From the NCBI GenBank assembly GCA_001802865.1, contig MHAF01000172.1, positions 2,157 through 66,156 of the forward strand: 64,000 bases of DNA, written 5' to 3'. The DNA is from Ignavibacteria bacterium RBG_16_34_14. Its GTDB lineage: Bacteria > Bacteroidota > Ignavibacteria > Ignavibacteriales > Ignavibacteriaceae. Below, in pieces: positions 62,244-64,000 of the stretch. The notes below the pieces were generated by a model that saw only the letters and a list, made by a program, of their open reading frames with translations, was not told the DNA's origin and ran no database searches. The translations under genes and the position numbers were made by a program. Numbering within the stretch: the first letter of the stretch is position 1; every line of letters starts with the position of its first letter.

Positions 62244-62460
62244 AAGAACTGTGTTAAAACTACAAGGAAATTAGTCAATATGCAAGGAACAGCCAGATTT
62301 GATCTTTATTCTAAAATCAATCAGGAATGTAAATCACTCTTTAATTAATTCTACCAAATCTTCCTTTTTATTGCCATCTTTTTTTTTCTTATTAATAAAA
62401 GTTGAAATAAAAATGCCCAAAATGATGCCGAAAACCAGGGTTACAGTGAGGAGAACAATT

Positions 62461-63363
62461 TTAGGAAGATTGTTTTTCTCCTGTTTGAATTAAAATCGGG
62501 GCTGAACTGCTTTTTAAATGAATATCTCTCTGCGGGAAAGGAATTTCCACTCCATTCTTTGCAAACTTTTCAAAAACTGCATAATATATCTGGCTTTTTA
62601 AGACTCCGGGCCGATTAATATACTCACGCGTCCATACCCTGAGATTAAAAATTAATGAGTTGTCACCAAAATTATCAAACAGTACATCCGGTTTAGGTTC
62701 TTTAAGAACTCCTTCATTTTCATGTGCAACTTCAAGTAAAAGCTTTTTTATTTTTTGAGGATCTTCTTTATATGAAACCCCAACCGGAAAATTCAAGCGG
62801 ATATTCCTGTCTACATGGCTCCAGTTAATCACTTTTGATGAAATAAAATCTGAATTAGGAACGATAATAGAAATATTATCATTAGTAATGATTGTGGTTG
62901 ATCTCATTGAAATTCTTACAACATCTCCTGAAATATCCCCAACTTCAATCCTGTCCCCGACTTTTATTGGGCGTTCAAATAAAATTATTATTCCGCTTAC
63001 AAGATTATTGGTAATATTCTGAAGACCAAACCCGATACCGATGCCCAAAGCACCTGCAAGAATTGTTACAGTGCTTAAATCAATTCCTACGGTTTGAAGA
63101 ACAATTATTAAACCTATAATAAGAATTATATATCTGAAAATTGTTCCTACAGCAACACGCACACCAAGATCAATTTTACTCTTGGCAAGAAGCTTATATA
63201 CAACCCATTTTCTTAGCTTGCTTGTTAAATAAAAAAGCAGAAATGTAAGAAAGATGAAATAAATAATTGTCCAGAGAGTGATTTCGGTTTTGCTAATAGT
63301 AATTATGGGAACATTAAGATATTCTCTAATCTGAATGAAAATATTTTTTAAATCCTTCCACAT
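62461..63363 (-). CDS. Mechanosensitive ion channel (MscS family)
   Basis: It has three TM helices plus the beta domain (PIKVGDRIEVGDISGDVVRISMRSTTI). Confidence 0.85.
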   Translation of the reverse strand: MWKDLKNIFIQIREYLNVPIITISKTEITLWTIIYFIFLTFLLFYLTSKLRKWVVYKLLAKSKIDLGVRVAVGTIFRYIILIIGLIIVLQTVGIDLSTVTILAGALGIGIGFGLQNITNNLVSGIIILFERPIKVGDRIEVGDISGDVVRISMRSTTIITNDNISIIVPNSDFISSKVINWSHVDRNIRLNFPVGVSYKEDPQKIKKLLLEVAHENEGVLKEPKPDVLFDNFGDNSLIFNLRVWTREYINRPGVLKSQIYYAVFEKFAKNGVEIPFPQRDIHLKSSSAPILIQTGEKQSS

Positions 63364-63399
63364 GTTCTGTTTAGATTCTTCTATATAAAATCTAATCCT

Positions 63400-63480
63400 A
63401 AAAAAAATATAGGTATAGGGTATAAAGGTATAAGGAAATATTATTATATTTTATACCATATACCCCTATACCTTTATACC
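63400..63480 (-). terminator. Long AT-rich hairpin built from GGTATA repeats plus a T8 tract; probable terminator of the RidA-like gene
   Basis: The arms are GGTATAGGGTATAAAGGTATAAGG (63412-63435) and TTATACCATATACCCCTATACCTTTATACC (63451-63480). On the minus strand the hairpin is followed by TTTTTTTT (63400-63407). Confidence 0.55.
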
Positions 63481-63547
63481 ATTTCAAATTACTTAAAAGC
63501 TTCATTAAAAAAAAGAAAAGCATTTTATAATGAAAGAATACTAGAAT

Positions 63548-63958
63548 TTATTTCCATTCCTCTATTATAATTGCAGTTGCTTCTATCTCAACAATCATAT
63601 CAGGATCAATAAGAGATTTTACTTCCACCATTGCTGTAGCTGGTTTTATATTCTTGAAGAATTCGCCATGTGCTTTTCCGATTTCTTCCCATTTGGAAAT
63701 GTCTGTTACATAAATTCTTGTTCTTACTACATCCTTCATTCCCGAACCAAGTGATTCAAGTGTCATTTTAATTTTTTCAATAATGAATTTTGTCTGTTCA
63801 TAGGCATTTCCTTTACCTATAACTTTTCCATTGTCAACAGCAGCAGTTCCGGAGATTTCAATAACATTCCCAACTTTTACTGCTCTTGAGTAGCCAACCA
63901 CATCTTCCCAGATTGTTCCTGCAGGAATATTAATTCTTTTCTTCATATCAGGCATCAT
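63548..63958 (-). CDS. RidA/YjgF family protein
   Basis: GYSRAVKVGNVIEISGT...RTRIYVTDISKWEE...ATAMVEV is typical of RidA/YjgF-like domains. Confidence 0.8.
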   Translation of the reverse strand: MMPDMKKRINIPAGTIWEDVVGYSRAVKVGNVIEISGTAAVDNGKVIGKGNAYEQTKFIIEKIKMTLESLGSGMKDVVRTRIYVTDISKWEEIGKAHGEFFKNIKPATAMVEVKSLIDPDMIVEIEATAIIIEEWK

Positions 63959-64000
63959 ATTTTCCCTTTCAGATATGCTTGTCTTTTTACCTCCGGAAAT

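Noticed and set aside
62340-62460. Small hydrophobic peptide frame (…KIVLLTVTLVFGIILGIFISTFINKKKKDGNKKEDLVELIKE*) just downstream of the MscS-family gene
   Set aside because: There is no ATG, GTG or well-placed TTG start with a ribosome-binding site. The frame opens only after a TAA inside the upstream gene. It is too uncertain to call.
63400-63480. GGTATA repeat block as a CRISPR-like or tandem-repeat array
   Set aside because: The units are 6 nt and arranged as one inverted repeat. There are no spacers of uniform length and no cas genes, so it behaves as a single hairpin.

Overview
The window is a low-GC bacterial chromosome segment that reads like the FCB group (Ignavibacteria or Bacteroidota-like); this placement is only an impression. 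Roughly 22-64 kb is conserved housekeeping, almost all on the minus strand. It holds rimP-nusA-infB-rbfA-truB-ribF-rpsO-pnp, rng, gcvT, comB-like, ftsK, lolA-like, uppP, a cyclophilin, holA, an ECF sigma/anti-sigma pair, rpmE, rsmB, ligA, a 7TM-HD phosphohydrolase, a XerC/D recombinase and an envelope/LPS group (GlmU-like, O-antigen-ligase-like, MsbA-like ABC, GT2). queDE and rpsT are also here. The first ~21 kb is accessory-like and carries the interesting content. (1) A decayed integrative element sits at an initiator tRNA-Met, with att-like tRNA repeats, GTAATCA arm-type repeats and an integrase N-terminal stub. (2) A translationally coupled four-gene operon (HMG-CoA-reductase-like, PlsC/GNPAT-type acyltransferase, alkyl-DHAP-synthase-like flavoenzyme, SDR) looks like a complete peroxisome-style ether-lipid pathway. 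(3) An AAA+/DUF4143 ATPase gene is bracketed by two diverged copies of the SDR gene 3' end. (4) An AT-rich three-gene cassette encodes a NurA-like protein, a BglII-like PD-(D/E)XK nuclease and a large radical SAM enzyme split by a frameshift in a G5 run. It has no methyltransferase and is followed by AbrB-type and nucleotidyltransferase-fold small genes. This cassette is my best candidate for an undescribed defence or DNA-modification system. A family of GC-rich mini-hairpins (TCCGCC-N2-4-GGCGGA and TCCCGC-N4-GCGGGA) recurs across the window. Copies lie inside a relic tRNA T-loop, in frame inside the SDR gene, across the pnp stop codon, and nested in the loops of a larger palindromic REP-like element. 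Several genes are decayed by in-frame stops or frameshifts. No rRNA genes, CRISPR arrays or intact IS elements were seen.
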